DNA of 64,000 bases. It comes from Mobula hypostoma. Taxonomy: Eukaryota. The stretch covers positions 251,474,001-251,538,000 of the forward strand of contig NC_086097.1 of the NCBI RefSeq assembly GCF_963921235.1. The letters run 5' to 3'. Under the pieces are notes generated by a model. That model searched no databases and had not been told where the DNA came from. It was given only the letters and a program-made list of their open reading frames with translations. Positions 37,721-51,740 of the stretch are shown here, one piece after another. A program made the position numbers and the translations under genes. Within the stretch, counting starts at the first letter, position 1; each line of letters opens with the position of its first letter.

Positions 37721-38457
37721 TTTCAGAGGCTGTAATCAACTCTGTGTGAGAGGGATCAGAAGATTTATTTTGTGTTAAAAGAACAATATTCGTGGTTAAC
37801 TTTGACGTTTTCTCATTTGTTGTGAATTGAAGTGTAGAGCTGCTGTGAAGACGGGTTTGATAGATGACTGCATATCATAAGTCAAGAGAGTCTGCAGTTG
37901 TTGGCATTCCAGAGTAACAAAATGCTGGAAGAACTCAGCGGTCAGGCAGCATCTATGGAGAGGAATAAGCAGTCGATGTTTCAGGTTGAGACCCTTTAGG
38001 ACTGAGAAAAGCAGCATCCATCATCGAGAAACCCCACCACCCAAGCTATGCTCTCTTCTTACTGCTGCCGTGAGGAAGAAGGTACAGGAGCCTCAGGCTC
38101 ACAGTACCAAGTTCAGGAAAGTTATTACCCTCTCAACCATCAGGCTCTTGAACAAGAGGGGATAACTTCACAATCCCCATTACTGAACTGTTCCCACAAT
38201 CCATGGACTCACGTTCAAGAACCCTTCACCACATGTTCTCAATATTTATGGATTATATGTTTACTATTATTATTATTTCCTTTTTTCTTCTTTATTTGCA
38301 CAGTTTGTTGTCTTTTGAATTCTGCTTGTTTGTCTATCCTTTCGTGTGCAGTCTTTCATTGACTCTTATGTTTCTTGAATTTACTTGTGTAAGCTTGCAA
38401 GGAAACAATTCTCTGGGTTGTATATCATGACGTATAGGTACTTTGATAATACATTTA

Positions 38458-38807
38458 CATAGAACATAGAATAGTACAGCACAGTACAGGCCCTTCGACC
38501 CACAATCCCTCAAACCCTGCCTCTCATATAAGCCCCCACCTTAAATTCCTCCATATACCTGTCTAGTAGTCTCTTAAACTTCACTAGTGTATCTGCCTCC
38601 ACCACTGACTCAGGCAGTGCATTCCACGGACCAACCACTCTGAGTAAAAAACCTTCCTCTAATATCCCCCTTGAACTTCCCACCCCTTCCCTTAAAGCCA
38701 TGTCCTCTTGTATTGAGCAGTGGTGCCCTGGGGAAGAGGCGCTGGCTATCCACTCTATCTATTCCTCTTATTATCTTGTACACCTCTATCATTTCTCCTC
38801 TCATCCT
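38458..38807 (-). mobile_element. Young CR1 3' fragment, same subfamily as 36392
   Basis: Near-identical reverse complement of 36392-36724. Confidence 0.9.
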
Positions 38808-39129
38808 TGAAGTTTGAACATACAAAGATACAGAGCAATTGCTAAAGCACAAATAATAGATTGAAGAGCTACCAATATAAGCAATATGAAATTAAAAAAA
38901 AATACCCAGGAGCTGCGTCAACACTTGGAAAATAGGATCTGGAAATGCTGGGTGAATTAATTTTGAGGAAAATATACAAGTGATTGTACAGATATTGTAT
39001 TAAATTCTGTACACACAACGGTTCAGTTTTCAATTCATCATCTGTACTGAATGATCTAATTTTTGGTTGGAATCTTAAAATTAGTGGAGTATCTCTTAAC
39101 TGCAGTAAGGAGATGTGAAAGTATTTTTA

Positions 39130-40310
39130 TTATGGGTAAGGTACCAGAATAGACAGAAGATTGGCTGACTGGCCGGAGGCAAAAAGATTTTTTTCTGGTT
39201 TTCTGCTGGTAACTGTTGGTGTTGGGACTGCTTCTTTTCATCCTATGTGTCAATGATTTGGATGACAAAATTGATGGCTTTGTGGCTAAGTTTGCAGATG
39301 ATATGAAAACAGGTGCTGAGGAAGCTGTGAGTCTGCAGAAGAACTTAAACAGATTAGGAGAATAGGCAAAGAAGTGGCTGATGGAATAGAGTGTAGGGAA
39401 GTGTATGGTCACACACTTTGGTAGAAAGACTAAAAACGTAGAATTTTTAAGTGGGAAGAAAATTCAGAAATTAGAGGTGCAGAAGAACTTGGGAGTTCTT
39501 GTGCAGGATTCCCTAAAGCTTAACTTGCAGGTGAGTCAGGGTCAAGGAGGGCACAGGCAATGTTAGCATTCATTTCAAGAGGGATAGAATATAAAAGCAA
39601 GGATGTAATGCTGAGGCTTTATAAGGCATTGATCAGACTACTAGGAGTACTGTGAGCAGTCCTGGGCCCTTTATCTAAGAAAGACATGTGGCATTGGAGA
39701 GGATCCAGAAGAGGTTCACAAGATTGATCCTGGGAATGAAAGAGTTAATGTACCTGGAGTGTTAGATGGGCCTGTACTGGAGTTTAGAAGAATGCGGAAA
39801 CGATAGGTTATTTTAAGAGACTCCTGGATAGGTATATGGAGCTTAGAAAAATAGAGGGTTATAGGTAACCCTAGGTAATTTCTAAAGTAAGTACATGTTC
39901 TGCACAGCTTTGTGGGCCGAAGGGCCTGTATTGTGCTGTAGGTTTTCTATGTTTCTAATGAGGGGGATCTCATTGAAACCTATGGAATATTGAAAGGCTA
40001 GATAGAGTGGATGTGGAGAGGCTGTTTCCTATAGTGGTGGAGTCTAGGCCCAGAAGGAAGAGCCTCAGAATAACAGAGAGATGTCCATTTAGAACAGAGA
40101 TGAAGTGGAATCTCTTTAGCCAGAGGGTGGTGAATCTGTGGAATTCGTTGCCACTGACAGCTGTGACGTCCAAGTCACTGGGTATATTTAATGGAGGGTG
40201 ATAGGACAGGATGTTGAAGGTCACAGAGAGAAGGCAGGAGAGTCGGGATAATAAATCAACATGATGGAATGGTGGAGCTGACTTGATGGGCTGAATGGCT
40301 TATGCTTTTA
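39130..40310 (+). mobile_element. Degenerate CR1 RT/3' fragment with a nested CR1 tail (39800-39956)
   Basis: VAKFADDMK and FSQRVVNLWNSLP remnants. Confidence 0.8.
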
Positions 40311-41262
40311 CTCTCTTACTGTCGCTGGATAATAACAGTGAATGGTTTGCAGATAGGATTGTTATTCATTTAAACTGTGATGCATTCCACTGTTTAATGG
40401 ATGTTGAATCACTTTGTAAACAATGGGATGGTCAAAGCCATTGTCTTTAGTGTTTACCAATGCTTCTGTTCCCTTGAAGTTAATCCCAAACCTCTTGGTT
40501 GAATCAGTATTCTGAATTATATTATCCTATTGGATTCAGAGCAAAACTTCTAATCGTTTATTTCCTGTACACACAAAATACTCTGCAGATGCTGTGGTCA
40601 AAGCAACACTCACAATACGCTGGAGGAACTCAGCAGGTCGGGCAGCATCCTTGGGAACAATCAGTCAACGGTTCGAGCCGGAACCCTTCATCAGGACTGT
40701 AGAGGGAAGGGGCAGAGGCCCTATAAAGAAGGTGGGGGGAGGGTGGGAAGGAGAAGGCTGGTAGGTTCCAGGTGAAAAACCAGTAAGGGGAAAGATAAAG
40801 GGGTGGGGGAGTGGAAGCAGGGAGGTGATAGGCAGGAAAGATGAAAAAGGAATAGGGGAAAGCGAAATGGGTAGAAGGAGGAGGTGGAACCATGAGGGAG
40901 GTGATAGGCAGCTGGGGGAGGGGGCAGAGTGACATAGGGATAGAGGAAGGGAGAGGGAGGGAATTACCAGAGGTTGGAGAATTCTATGTTCGTACCAAGG
41001 GGCTGGAGACTACCCAGACGGTATATGAGGTGTTGCTCCTCCAACCTGAGTTTAACCTCATCGTGGCAGTAGATGAGGCCATGTATGGACATATCTGAAT
41101 GGGAAGCAGAGTTGAAGTAGGTGGCAACCGGGAGATCCTGTCTGTTGTGGCGGATGGAGCGGAGGTGCTTGACGAAGCGGTCCCCCAATCTGCGTCGGTG
41201 CTCCCGGTGCAGCCTCCTCTACATCGGTGAAACCCGATGCAGATTGGGGGACCGCTCCGTCC

Positions 41263-41860
41263 GCTGGAATGTTATGATGAGGTTGTATAAGGCATTGGTG
41301 AGGCCGAATCTGGAGTATTGTGTTCAGTTTTGGTCACCAAATTACAGGAAGGATATAAATAAGGTTGAAAGAGTGCAGAGAAGGTTTACAAGGATGTTGC
41401 CGGGACTTGAGAAACTCAGTTACAGAGAAAGGTTGAATAGGTTAGGACTTTATTCCCTGGAGCGTAGAAGAATGAGGGGAGATTTGATAGAGGTATATAA
41501 AATTATGATGGGTATAGATAGAGTGAATGCAAGCAGGCTTTTTCCACCGAGGCAAGGGGAGAAAAAAACCAGAGGACATGGGTTAAGGGTGAGGGGGGAA
41601 AAGTTTAAAGGGAACATTAGGGGGGGCTTCTTCACACAGAGAGTGGTGGGAGTATGGAATGAGCTACCAGACGAGGTGGTAAATGCGGGTTCTTTTTTAA
41701 CATTTAAGAATAAATTGGACAGATACATGGATGGGAGGTGTATGGAGGGATATGGTCCGTATGCAGGTCAGTGGGACTAGGCAGAACATGGTTCGGCACA
41801 GCCAAGAAGGGCCAAAGGGCCTGTTTCTGTGCTGTAATTTCTATGGTTCTATGGTTCTAT
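41263..41860 (+). mobile_element. Young CR1 3' fragment
   Basis: Open RLYKALVRPNLEYCVQFWSP...KNKLDRYMD; (ttctatgg)n tail. Confidence 0.92.
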
Positions 41861-42186
41861 ATACCGTCTAGGTAGTCTCCAGCCCCTTGGTATGAACATA
41901 GAATTCTCCAACTTACGGTAATTCCCTCCCCCTCCCTTCCCCTATTCCTATGTCACTCTGCCTCCTCCCCCAGCTGCCTATCACCTCCCTCATGGTTCCA
42001 CCTCCTTCTACTACCCATTGTGTTTTCCCATATTCCTTCTTCACCTTTCCTGCCTATCACCTCCCTGCTTCCCCTCCCCCCACCCCTTTATCTTTCCCCT
42101 TACTGGTTTTTCACCTGGAACCTACCAGCCTTCTCCTTCCCACCCTCCCCCCACCTTCTTTATAGGGCCTCTGCCCCTTCCCCCTA

Positions 42187-42224
42187 CAGTCCTGACGAAG
42201 GGTTCCAGCTCGAAACGTTGACTG
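42187..42224 (+). ncRNA. Minimal hammerhead motif (second PLE family), sense to DPY19L4
   Basis: cagtc-CTGACGA-a-ggg(ttccag)ctc-GAAA-CGTT-gactg; 5-bp stem I, GUU triplet. Confidence 0.65.
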
Positions 42225-42362
42225 ATCGTTTCCATGGATTCTGCCCGACCTGCTGAGTTCCTCCAGTGTGTTGTGAGTGTTACTTTTATTTCCTGTCACC
42301 TTTACTTCACTCATTTCTGCTCCTTCCTTGAGTAGTCTGAGAAAATAAGGTTTTTCATTTTG

Positions 42363-42528
42363 CAAACACGAGGAAATCTGCAGATGCTGGAATTTCAAGC
42401 AACGCACATCAAAGTTGCTGGTGAATGCAGCAGGCCAGGCAGCAGCTCTAGGAAGAGGTACAGTCGAGGTTTCAGGCCGAGACCCTTCGTCAGGACTACT
42501 GCGTTCTCCAGCAATTTTTATGTGTGTT
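42363..42528 (-). mobile_element. PLE mini-insertion with 30-nt inverted tip
   Basis: 13-bp TSD gtttttcattttg at 42350-42362 and 42529-42541; the main copy ends at the hammerhead 5' edge (42498). Confidence 0.85.
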
Positions 42529-42814
42529 GTTTTTCATTTTGTTTCAATTACCCTGGGATTTCTGAACAGGCCATAAGCACTTGTTATTCCTGTTTTTGCA
42601 TTATTGATTCATTATTGTATTTTATAGATTTTTGTCTCTGTGTACTTCACTGATGCCAGAAAAAACAAACTCCACGTCATATGTCAGAGATAATAAATCT
42701 GATCGAGTCTTTAGTGCTCTCCTGACCTTCCTTCCATCAACCCTAAATCCCATTCATCTTCATCTGTGATCCAGTTACTCTGAGTTTCTATTTCTGATTT
42801 TATATTCTACTTTA

Positions 42815-45600
42815 CAGAAACCATGCTGACTTTGACTTATTTTATCATTAGTCTCCAGTACCCCGAAACCTCATCCTTAATAATTGACTGCAACACTTTC
42901 CCAACCCCTGAGGTTAGGTTAACTGGCCTATAATTTCCTTCCTTTCACCTTCCTCCCTTCTTAAGGAGCGGAGTGACATAATCTTCCAGTTCCCTGCTAC
43001 CATGCCAGAATCAAGTGATGCTTGAAAGATCATGACCTTTCTCAGGGCTCTGGGATGTAGTCCATCTGGCCCTGGTGATTTATCCACTTTAAAACCTTTG
43101 AGTTTGTTTACCACTTTTTCCTTTAGATTAGATTAGATTCAACTTTATTGTCATTGTGCCGAGTACAGATACAAAGCCAGTGAAATGCAGTTAGCATCTG
43201 ACCAGAAATGCAAAGAATAGTGTTATTTACAAAATAACTGCGAATGAAAAGTAAGTGCTACAGCACACAAATATAAAAGTACTGAGGCAGTACAATACGG
43301 GTGCAATACTGCTTAGCGCTGTGATGTGAGGTTCAGCAGGGTCACAGGGTCACAGCCTCAGGGAAGAAGCTCTTCCTGTGCCTGCTGGTGCGGGAGCGGA
43401 GGCTCCTATAGTGCCTACCGGATGGGAGGAGAGTAAAAAGTCCATGGTTAGGGTGAGATGCTTCCCTGATAATGCTTTTCACCCTGTCCAGGCAGCGTTT
43501 ATGGTAGATGTTCTCAATGGTGGGCAATTGGGTGCCGATAATCCGCTGGGCAGTTTTCACCACACGCTGGAGTGCTTTGCGGTCCAATATGGGACAATTG
43601 CCATACCACACTGAGATGCAGTTGGTGAGTTTGCTCTCAGTGGTACAGCGGTAAAAGTCTGTCAGTATCCTGGGACAGAGGTGAGCTTTCTTGATGCAGG
43701 AAATAAAGGCACTGTTGCGCCTTTTTGATCGGGATGGAGGAGTTCAGGGACCAGGTAAGATCCTCGGAAATGTGGACACCAAGGAATTTGAAGCTTGATA
43801 CACGCTCCACTACAGCTCTGTTGATGTAGATGGGGACGTGAGTGTGACTCCTAGCATGCCTGAAGTCCACAATGATTTCCTTGGTCCTCTGGGTGTTAAG
43901 GGCCAGATTGTTGTTGGCACACCACGCGGCCAGGTGCTGGACCTTGTCCCTGTAGGCAGTCTCGTCATCCCCTCTGATCAGGCACCGTGGTGTCGTCTGA
44001 GAACTTGATTATGGAGTTAGAACTATTGTAATAGCAGTGGCACTCACTCCTGCTCCCTGGCACACACAGACCTCTGGCACACTGCTAGTGTCTTCCACAG
44101 TAAAGAATGCAATGTATTCATTAAGTTCATCTGCCGTTTCTCTTTCCCCCATTACTACCTCACCAGCATCATTTTCCAATGGTCCATTATCAACTCTCAT
44201 CTCCCTTTTACTCTTTATATAACTGAAAAACTTTTGGTATCCTGCCTTATATTATGGGCTAGTATATGCCCTCATATATCTCATTTTCCTTTCTTATAGC
44301 TGTTCCAGTTGCCTTTTGTTGGATTTTAAAAGCTTTCCCATCACCCAACTTCCCACTCACTTTTATTACCTTATATACTCTTTCCCTGACTTTTATGCAG
44401 TACTTAACTTCAGTTGTCGGCCACAGATGCCTACCCCTGCCATTTGAGAACTTTTTCCTCTGTGGGACATATCTATCCTGCGCCTTGTGAACTTTTCCCA
44501 GAAACTTCAGCCACCTCTGCTCTGCCATCGTCCCCGCCTGTGTCTTCCACCTGGGCAAGCTCCTCTCTCATGCCTCTGTAATTCCCTTTATTCCATTTCG
44601 ATATTGATACATGTGATTTATGCTTCTCCCTCTCAAATTGCAGATTGAATTCAAGCATATTATGATCACTGCCTCCTAAGGGTTCCTTTACATTGAGCTC
44701 CCTGATAAGATCTAGGTTATTACACAACACCCAATCTAAGATAGCCTTTCCTTGAGTAGGCTCAAGCACAAACTGCACCAAAAAGCCATCTCATAGGCAT
44801 TCAACAAATTCTTTCTTTGTGTGGACACCAACCTGATTTTCCCAATCCCCTTGCATATTAAAATCCCCCATTACAATTGTGACATTACCCTTATTACATG
44901 TCTTTTCCAGCTTCCTTCGCAATCTCAACCCCACATCTTGGCTACTATTTGGAGGCCTGTATATGAACCCCATAATGATTTTCTACCCTTGCAATTTCTT
45001 AACTCCACCCACAAAGATTCAACATTCTCTGACCCTGTGTCACCTTTTTCTAAAGATCTAATTCCATCCCTTACCAACAGAGCCACACCATCACCTTTGC
45101 TTCCTGCTTGTCCTTTTGATACAAAATATATCCTTTGATGTTAAGCTCCCAACTATGAGTTTCTTTCCGCCAGGACTCAGATGCCCACAACGTCATACCG
45201 ACCAATCTCTAATTGTGCCACGAGTTCATCCACCTTATTCTGAATGCTACGCGCATTTAAATACAGCACCTCCAGTCGTGCATTCTTCACCCTTTTGAAT
45301 TTTGCCTCTGTGGTACAATTTAACTCTTTGCTCTGTCTGCATTTGTACCCAATCATTGGCTTGTCCTTCCTTACATTCATGTTACACCCATCATCTACTT
45401 GTAAACCTGCTGGATCATCCTTAGCGCTATCATCCTGGTTCCCATCACCCTGCCATATTAGTTTAACCCACCCCCAACAGCTCTACTAAACCTGCCTGCA
45501 AAAATATTGGTCCTTATTGGATTCAGGTGCAACCGTCCTTTTAGTACAGCTCCCACCTGTCCAAAAAGAGTTACTAATTATCCAGAAATCTGAATCCATT
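42815..45600 (-). mobile_element. CR1 (ORF1 end, endonuclease, RT start)
   Basis: YLNARSIQNKVDEL, IYRPPNSS, MGDFN, LGGSDHNMLEF, KSPGPDGLHPR. Confidence 0.88.
43123..44025 (-). mobile_element. Rex1/Babar LINE 3' part with (aatct)n tail
   Basis: KFSDD, VERVSSFKFLGVHISEDLTWS, HRKSFFPEAVTL; tail aatgacaataaagttgaatctaatctaatctaa. Confidence 0.88.
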
Positions 45601-46177
45601 GTCCCTTTGGTTTTCAAGATGGCAACCATTATTCCACTGCCAAAGAAGGCAACAGTAATCTGCCATTAACATCAACCATTATGAAGTGCTTTGAGCAGCT
45701 GGTCATGGACCACATTAAAGCTTTTCTCCCAGCTACGTTGTACGTGATCCAGTTCACATTGCTCAAGTTGATCCACTGATGATACAACAGGCTTTGCCCT
45801 CCTCTCTGTCCTGCCCATCTTGTAAATGGGAACTTGTATGCCAGATGGCTATTTACAGATTTCATTTCAGTGTTCTACACCATCATACCCCAGAAACTGG
45901 TGGGGAAACTGTCCTTGATGCGTCTCTACGTCTCCCTCTGAAATTGGATATTGGACTCAGTAATAATGAGGCCACAGTGAGTCTCTTGTCCCATTACACT
46001 GAGCATTGGCTGTGTGCTTAGCCCGCTGCTGTTCACACTGCGGATGCTCGAACGTGTCACAGGATCCATCTCAAGCCATGTCATCAAGTTTGTGGGTGAC
46101 ACAACAGTGGCTTCCCTTATCAAGAATGATGACGAGACGGAGTTTAGAGAGTAAGTGGAGCAGCTGGTGGATTGGGT

Positions 46178-47110
46178 TCTGTTTTCTAAATGGGAGAAAA
46201 TCCAAAAATCTGAGATGCAAAGGGACTTGGTCCTTGAGCAGAACACCCTAAAGGTTAATTTGCAGGTCGAGTCAGTGGTGAGGAAGGCAAATGCAATGTT
46301 AGCATCCTTTTCAAGAGGTCTAGAATACAAGAGCAAGGATGTGATGCTGAGGCTTTATAAGGCACTGGTGAGGCCTCACCTTGAGTATTGTGAACAGTCT
46401 TGGGCCCCTCGTCTTAGAAAAGATGTGCTGACATTTGAGAAGGTTCAGAGGAGGTTCACAAGGATGATTCAAGTTCCTGAGTGTCAGCATCAGGTTCACA
46501 AGGATGATTCAAGTTCCTGAGTGTCAGCATCAGGGTATTATATTCCATACGTCTAGAAATGAATGGAAACATTACATTCGCCTTCTTTGCAACCGACTCA
46601 ACCTGGAGGTTAACCTTTCGGGTATCTTGCACAAGGACTCCCAAGTCCCTTTGCATATCTGCATTTTGAATTCTCTCCCCATCTGAATAATAGTCTGCCT
46701 GTTTATTTCTTCCACTGAAGTGCATGACCATACACTTTCCAAAATTGTATTTCATTTGCCACTTGTTTGCCCATTCCCCTAAACTATCGAAGTCTCTCTG
46801 CAGGCTCTCTGTTTCCTCAACACTACCCGCTCCTCCACCTATCTTTGTATCATCGGTAAATTTAGCTACAAATCCATTAATACTGTAGTCCAAATCATTG
46901 ACATACATCGTAAAAAGCAACAGTCCCAACACCAACCCCTGTGGAACTCCACTGGTAACCAGCAGCCAGCCAGAATAGGATCCTTTTATTCCCACTCTCT
47001 GTTTTCTGCCAATCAACCAATGCTCCTAGTAACTACCCTGTAATTCTATAGGCTCTTTTCTTGCTAAGCAGCCTCATGTATTGCACCTTGTCAAAGGCCT
47101 TCTGAAAATC
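46178..47110. mobile_element. Two convergent CR1 RT fragments (+46178-46470, -46535-47110)
   Basis: RPHLEYCEQSWAP on +; VTSGVPQG...KFTDDTKIGG on -. Confidence 0.8.
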
Positions 47111-47304
47111 TTCACCAGGATTTCGTTCTTATTGAGATGTATGTTAGTTTAATAGTTTTTAATTTTTTCTAATTAATTTTGTCTTACTGTTGAGTTCAGA
47201 ATAATTTTACTAATGAAACAATGATTACAGTAGTTTCAAATGTTCTCAAAATTATTTTGACTTACTCTTGAACACTTTTACTAATTAACCAGCTTTTATA
47301 TTAG

Positions 47305-47540
47305 GGGTGAAATGATAGAGACGAGGAAGAGAAGAAAACAGAAATGTCTGGAAGATCATACCGGTCAAGAGGAGGCAAGGCCCGAAGATTCATCAATAGA
47401 TACAGGCCCAGAGGAATGTGCTCTAAAAGATGAGCATGAACAAGAGCAAACCTCTGCAGGAGATATTCCCCCTAGGGATGAAGAAGAAATTACACTGAAA
47501 GACGGAAATGATGCCAGGGGCAATGATACGAAAAGCAAGC
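47305..47540 (+). CDS. DPY19L4: Probable first coding exon of DPY19L4 (ATG 47312; basic then acidic cytosolic N-terminus)
   Basis: Non-repetitive purine-rich ORF MIETRKRRKQK...NDTKSK. Acceptor ttttatattag, donor C|gtaagc. Phase 1 joins in frame to the 56222 exon. IETRKRRK resembles human VELRQRKK. Confidence 0.78.
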
Positions 47541-50189
47541 GTAAGCATTTTTACTTCCTTTTGCTTTCATTACACTGTGGTTTTGAGATTCGTTATTACC
47601 TCAGTAACAGAGTGACACCACGTTCACATTCAGATTCAGGTCTACATCGGAACATATCAGATGACACAGGAATAGAATTAGACCATTTGGTCCATTGACT
47701 CTGCTCCGCCATTCCATCATGGTTGATTAATTTTCCATCTCAACCCCATTCTCCTGCTTTCTCCCTGAAACCTTTAACACCCTGACTGATAAAGAACCTA
47801 TCAACCTCTGCTTTAAATATATTCAATTACTTGGTCTCCACAGCCATCTGTGACAATGAATTCCATAGATTCACCACCTTTTGGCTAAAGAAATCCCTCC
47901 ACGTGTCTGTTCTAAATGGATGCCCCTCTATTCTGAGGCTGTGCCCTCTGGTCCTAGACTCCCCACACGATAGGAAACATCCTCTCCCTTTCCACTTTGT
48001 CCAGACCTTTCAAAATTTGTTCGGTATCAGTGAGATTCCCCCCTCCCCCCATGCTTCTAATTTTCAGTGAGTACACACCCAGAGCCATCAAACACGTCAA
48101 TGTCACCATTTATTTATTGACATACAGTGTGGAACTGGCCCTTTTGGCCCTTTGAACCACACCACCCAGCAATCCCCTGATTTAATCCTAGCCAAATCAC
48201 AGGGCAATTTACAATGACCCCCCAGCAATCCCTGATTTAATCCTAGTCTAATCACAGGGCAATTTACAATGATCCCCCAGCAATCCCCTGATTTAATCCC
48301 AGCCTAATCACAGGGCAATTTACAAAGACCAATTAACCTACAAACTGGATTGTGGGAGGAAACCAGAGCACCTGGAGGAAACCCATGTGGTCATGGAGAG
48401 AACATACAAGCTACTTACCGGCAGCAGTGGGAATTGATGGTACAGTCACTAGTACAGTAAAGCATTGTGCTAACCACTGTGCTACCGTGCTGCCCCTACC
48501 ACCCAGGTCATCCTGTCTTCTCACTGCTGCCATCAGGAAGGAGGTACAGGAGCCTCAGGACCCACACCACCAGGTTCAGGAACAGTTACTACCCTTCAAC
48601 CATCAGGATCCAAAAGGGATAAATTCACTCATCTTCACTTGCCTGTCATTGAAATGTTCCAACAACCAATAGACTCACTTTCAAGAACTCTTAATCTCAT
48701 GTTTTTGATATTTATTGTTTACTTGTTTATTTTTATTTATTTTTGTATTTGCACAGTTTATTCTCTTTTGTGTACCGGTTGAACTCCCAAGTTGATGTGG
48801 TTTTTCATTGATTCTATTACGAATTTATTGAGTGTGCCTGTAAGAAAATGAATCTCAGGGTTGCATATAATGACATAAATGTACTTTAATAATAAATTTA
48901 CTTTGAACTTTGAACCTGTACTCCAGAGCCATGGTCACTCTGTAGATGAGCAGTAGTGTGAAGACAGTGCGGGTATATTGATGGGATATTTTCCAAGTTG
49001 TTGACGGTGTGAGAGGTTGGACTTTGCACTCATTTCACAAGCCAAAGGCTCTTTACCAATTTGCCCCCTTCAGTATGGACCACTGATGATTCCTGAACAC
49101 TAGGGACCACCTCCTATGTCCCAAAGCCAGATCTCAGCATCAGCAAACCATTGGCCATCAGTGCACCAGTATATCCTTTAGCCATCTGAGGTAAAAGATT
49201 TTGTTTGAAGATCTTAACCTCAGTCCTGACATGAAAGTCATGGTCAATCAGGAAGCAGTGATCCCTGTCCTGTCTTCTGCTTCTGATACTCACGATCTCA
49301 ATATGTCTCCATAGAGACACGACACCTCTTTATGTCACCATCATCATTATCTGCCATGTTGTAAGATGTGAGTGATCATGGCCTTTGACCATGATTGTTC
49401 CTGGTAAATTTTTCGATGGAAGTGGTTTGCCATTGCCTTCTGGGCAGTGTCTTTACAAGATGGGTGACCCCTGCCATTATCAAACCCCTTCAGAGCTTGT
49501 CTGCCTGCATCAGTGGTCGCATAACCAGGACTTATGATATGCACCAGCTGCTCATATGACCATCCACCACTTGCTCTCATCGCATCATGTGACCCTGACT
49601 GGGGGTTGAGCAGGTGCTAGACCTTGCCCAGGGTTATCTGCAAGCTGGCAGAGGGATGCCTTCCTTTGGTAGAGACGTATCTCCACCCCACCATTCATCT
49701 TAATGTCATACCCAGTCTTAAATCTTTGCTCTGCAAATCGTGTTCAACCCACCACACCCCCCCACCAACCACCACGACTTTATCATTTCCTGTTAGTCAT
49801 CTTATGTACAGACACTCCCGTAGCTTGCGTTACTTTATGGTCATGCAATCAATCTATATAAGCTTTCTTCTGTACTTATATTTATTGAATTTTTAAAAAA
49901 TTATTGTGTTCTTTTATCTGATTGTTTTTTTTGTGCTGCATCAGATCCAGAATAACAATTATTTCATTCTCCTTTACATTTGTGTACTGAAAATAACATT
50001 AAACTTGAATTACTGTTGCAAACTCACATCAACTGTTGCAAAAAAAACCACATTAAATTGTAGTCTATGTCACCGTAAGATATAGGAGCAGAATTTGGCC
50101 CATCGAGTCTGCTCCATCATTTCATCATGGCTGATTCATTTTTCCTCTCAGCCCCAATCCCCTGACTTCTTTCAAATGACTTAATTTCA

Positions 50190-51740
50190 TTTTTTAACCA
50201 ACAGAGCCACGCCACCTCCTCTGCTTCCTGCCCGTCCTTTTGATACAATGTGTATCCTTGGACATTAAGCTCTTCTTCAGCCATGATTCAGAGAGACCTA
50301 CAATATCATACATGCCAATCTGTAACTGTGCTGCAAGTTGATCTGTCTTATTCCATATATAGCGCACACCCAAATATAACACCTCCACTCCTGTATTCAC
50401 AATTTGTCCACCTTGTACATTGCAGCTCATCTGGATGACTGCGATTATGCCCTATCATTAGTCTCTCCTTGCTAGGAGTCTCACTGCACATTGCTTCTGT
50501 TTGTTAAAGCCAACTACTTCATCTTCTGCACTATCACTCTGGTTTCCCTCTCCCTGACAATTTAGTTTAAACCCTCCCGAACAAGTCTAGCCAACCTACC
50601 CACAAGGGTATTGGTTCCCCTCGGGTTCAGGTGTAACTTGTCCCTTTTGTACAAGTCACACTTTCCCCAGTGATCCATAAATCTGAACCCCAGCCCCCTG
50701 CACCAATTCCTCAACCACACATTCACCTGCCAGATCATCCGATTCTTATCCTTACTGCCATGTGGCACAGGTAGCAATCCAGTGATTACTGCCCTGGAGG
50801 TCCTGTTTGTCAGCTTGCTATCTAGCTCCCTGGAATCTCTCTTCAGGACCTTCTTTTCACCTTGTCTGCCTATGTCATTGGTGCCAATATGTACCCAGAC
50901 TTGTGACTGCTCACCCTCATCTTGAGAATGCCACGGACATTATCCAAAACATCCTGATCCTGGCACCAGGGAGGCAACATACCATCCGGGTGTCTATTGT
51001 GCCCACAGAGCCTTGTCTCTGTTCCTCTGACTAGGCAATCATCTATCACCAGTGCAGTCCTCTTCACCCCTCTGCCCTTCTGAGCACCGCATCAGGCTCA
51101 GTGCCAGAGACTGGGTCACTGAGGCTCCCCCAGCTACGTTGCCCCCTCAATAGTATCTGAAGTTGTATACTTATTATAAAGGGAACGGCTACATGTATGC
51201 TGTGCATTCCCCCTCTTTCTCCTGACAGTCACCTAGTTACCTGTCTCCTGCAACCCAGGGGTGACTACCTCCCTGTAGCTCCTGTCTATCACCTCTCATT
51301 CTCCTATGTGAGTCGAAGGTCATCAAACTGCAGCTCCAGTTCCTTAATACATTCTCTCAGGAGCTGCAACTCAATGCACCTGAAGATGTGTTTATTGAGG
51401 ATACTGGAGATCTCCCAGACTTCCCACATCCCACACACTGCTCCGGCGCCATTCTCACTAAACTACTAAAACTGAACAAGTAAGAACAGAAAGGGAGTAA
51501 CTTACAAGACCGTGTACCTCACCCAAGTCTGATGAGCCAAAGCCACTGGAAAGACAGGCCCACTCAGAACAGTGACCACTCTGCCTGCACTTGAGTTATT
51601 TTTATTCGCCCTTTCTAATGAATCCCTTTTCTGATTGGTCTCTCCTCAACTCAGAGGAACTGCCGCGAAGCTCTGCCTTTAAAATCTCCATCGCCTGATT
51701 TTAAAAGTAGCTCTTTTAATGTACCTCTGGCGTGGATTGT
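50190..51740 (-). mobile_element. CR1 5'UTR, ORF1 and endonuclease start
   Basis: NVWLRNWCRGLGFRFMDHW...KRDKLHLNPRG (SGNH esterase); reverse-complement similarity to 10070-11250. Confidence 0.82.

Larger units (their letters stand above)
40569..42284 (-). mobile_element. Penelope-like insertion with inverted arms, interrupted by a CR1
   Basis: 12-bp TSD tttatttcctgt at 40557-40568 and 42285-42296. GIY-YIG motif CSRCSLLYIGETRCRLGDR; inversion point at ~41198. Confidence 0.9.

Noticed and set aside
41121..41780. 219-aa ORF as a novel endonuclease-RT fusion gene
   Set aside because: Chance in-frame junction of antisense PLE, a GIY-YIG fragment and a CR1 tail; no complete domain.
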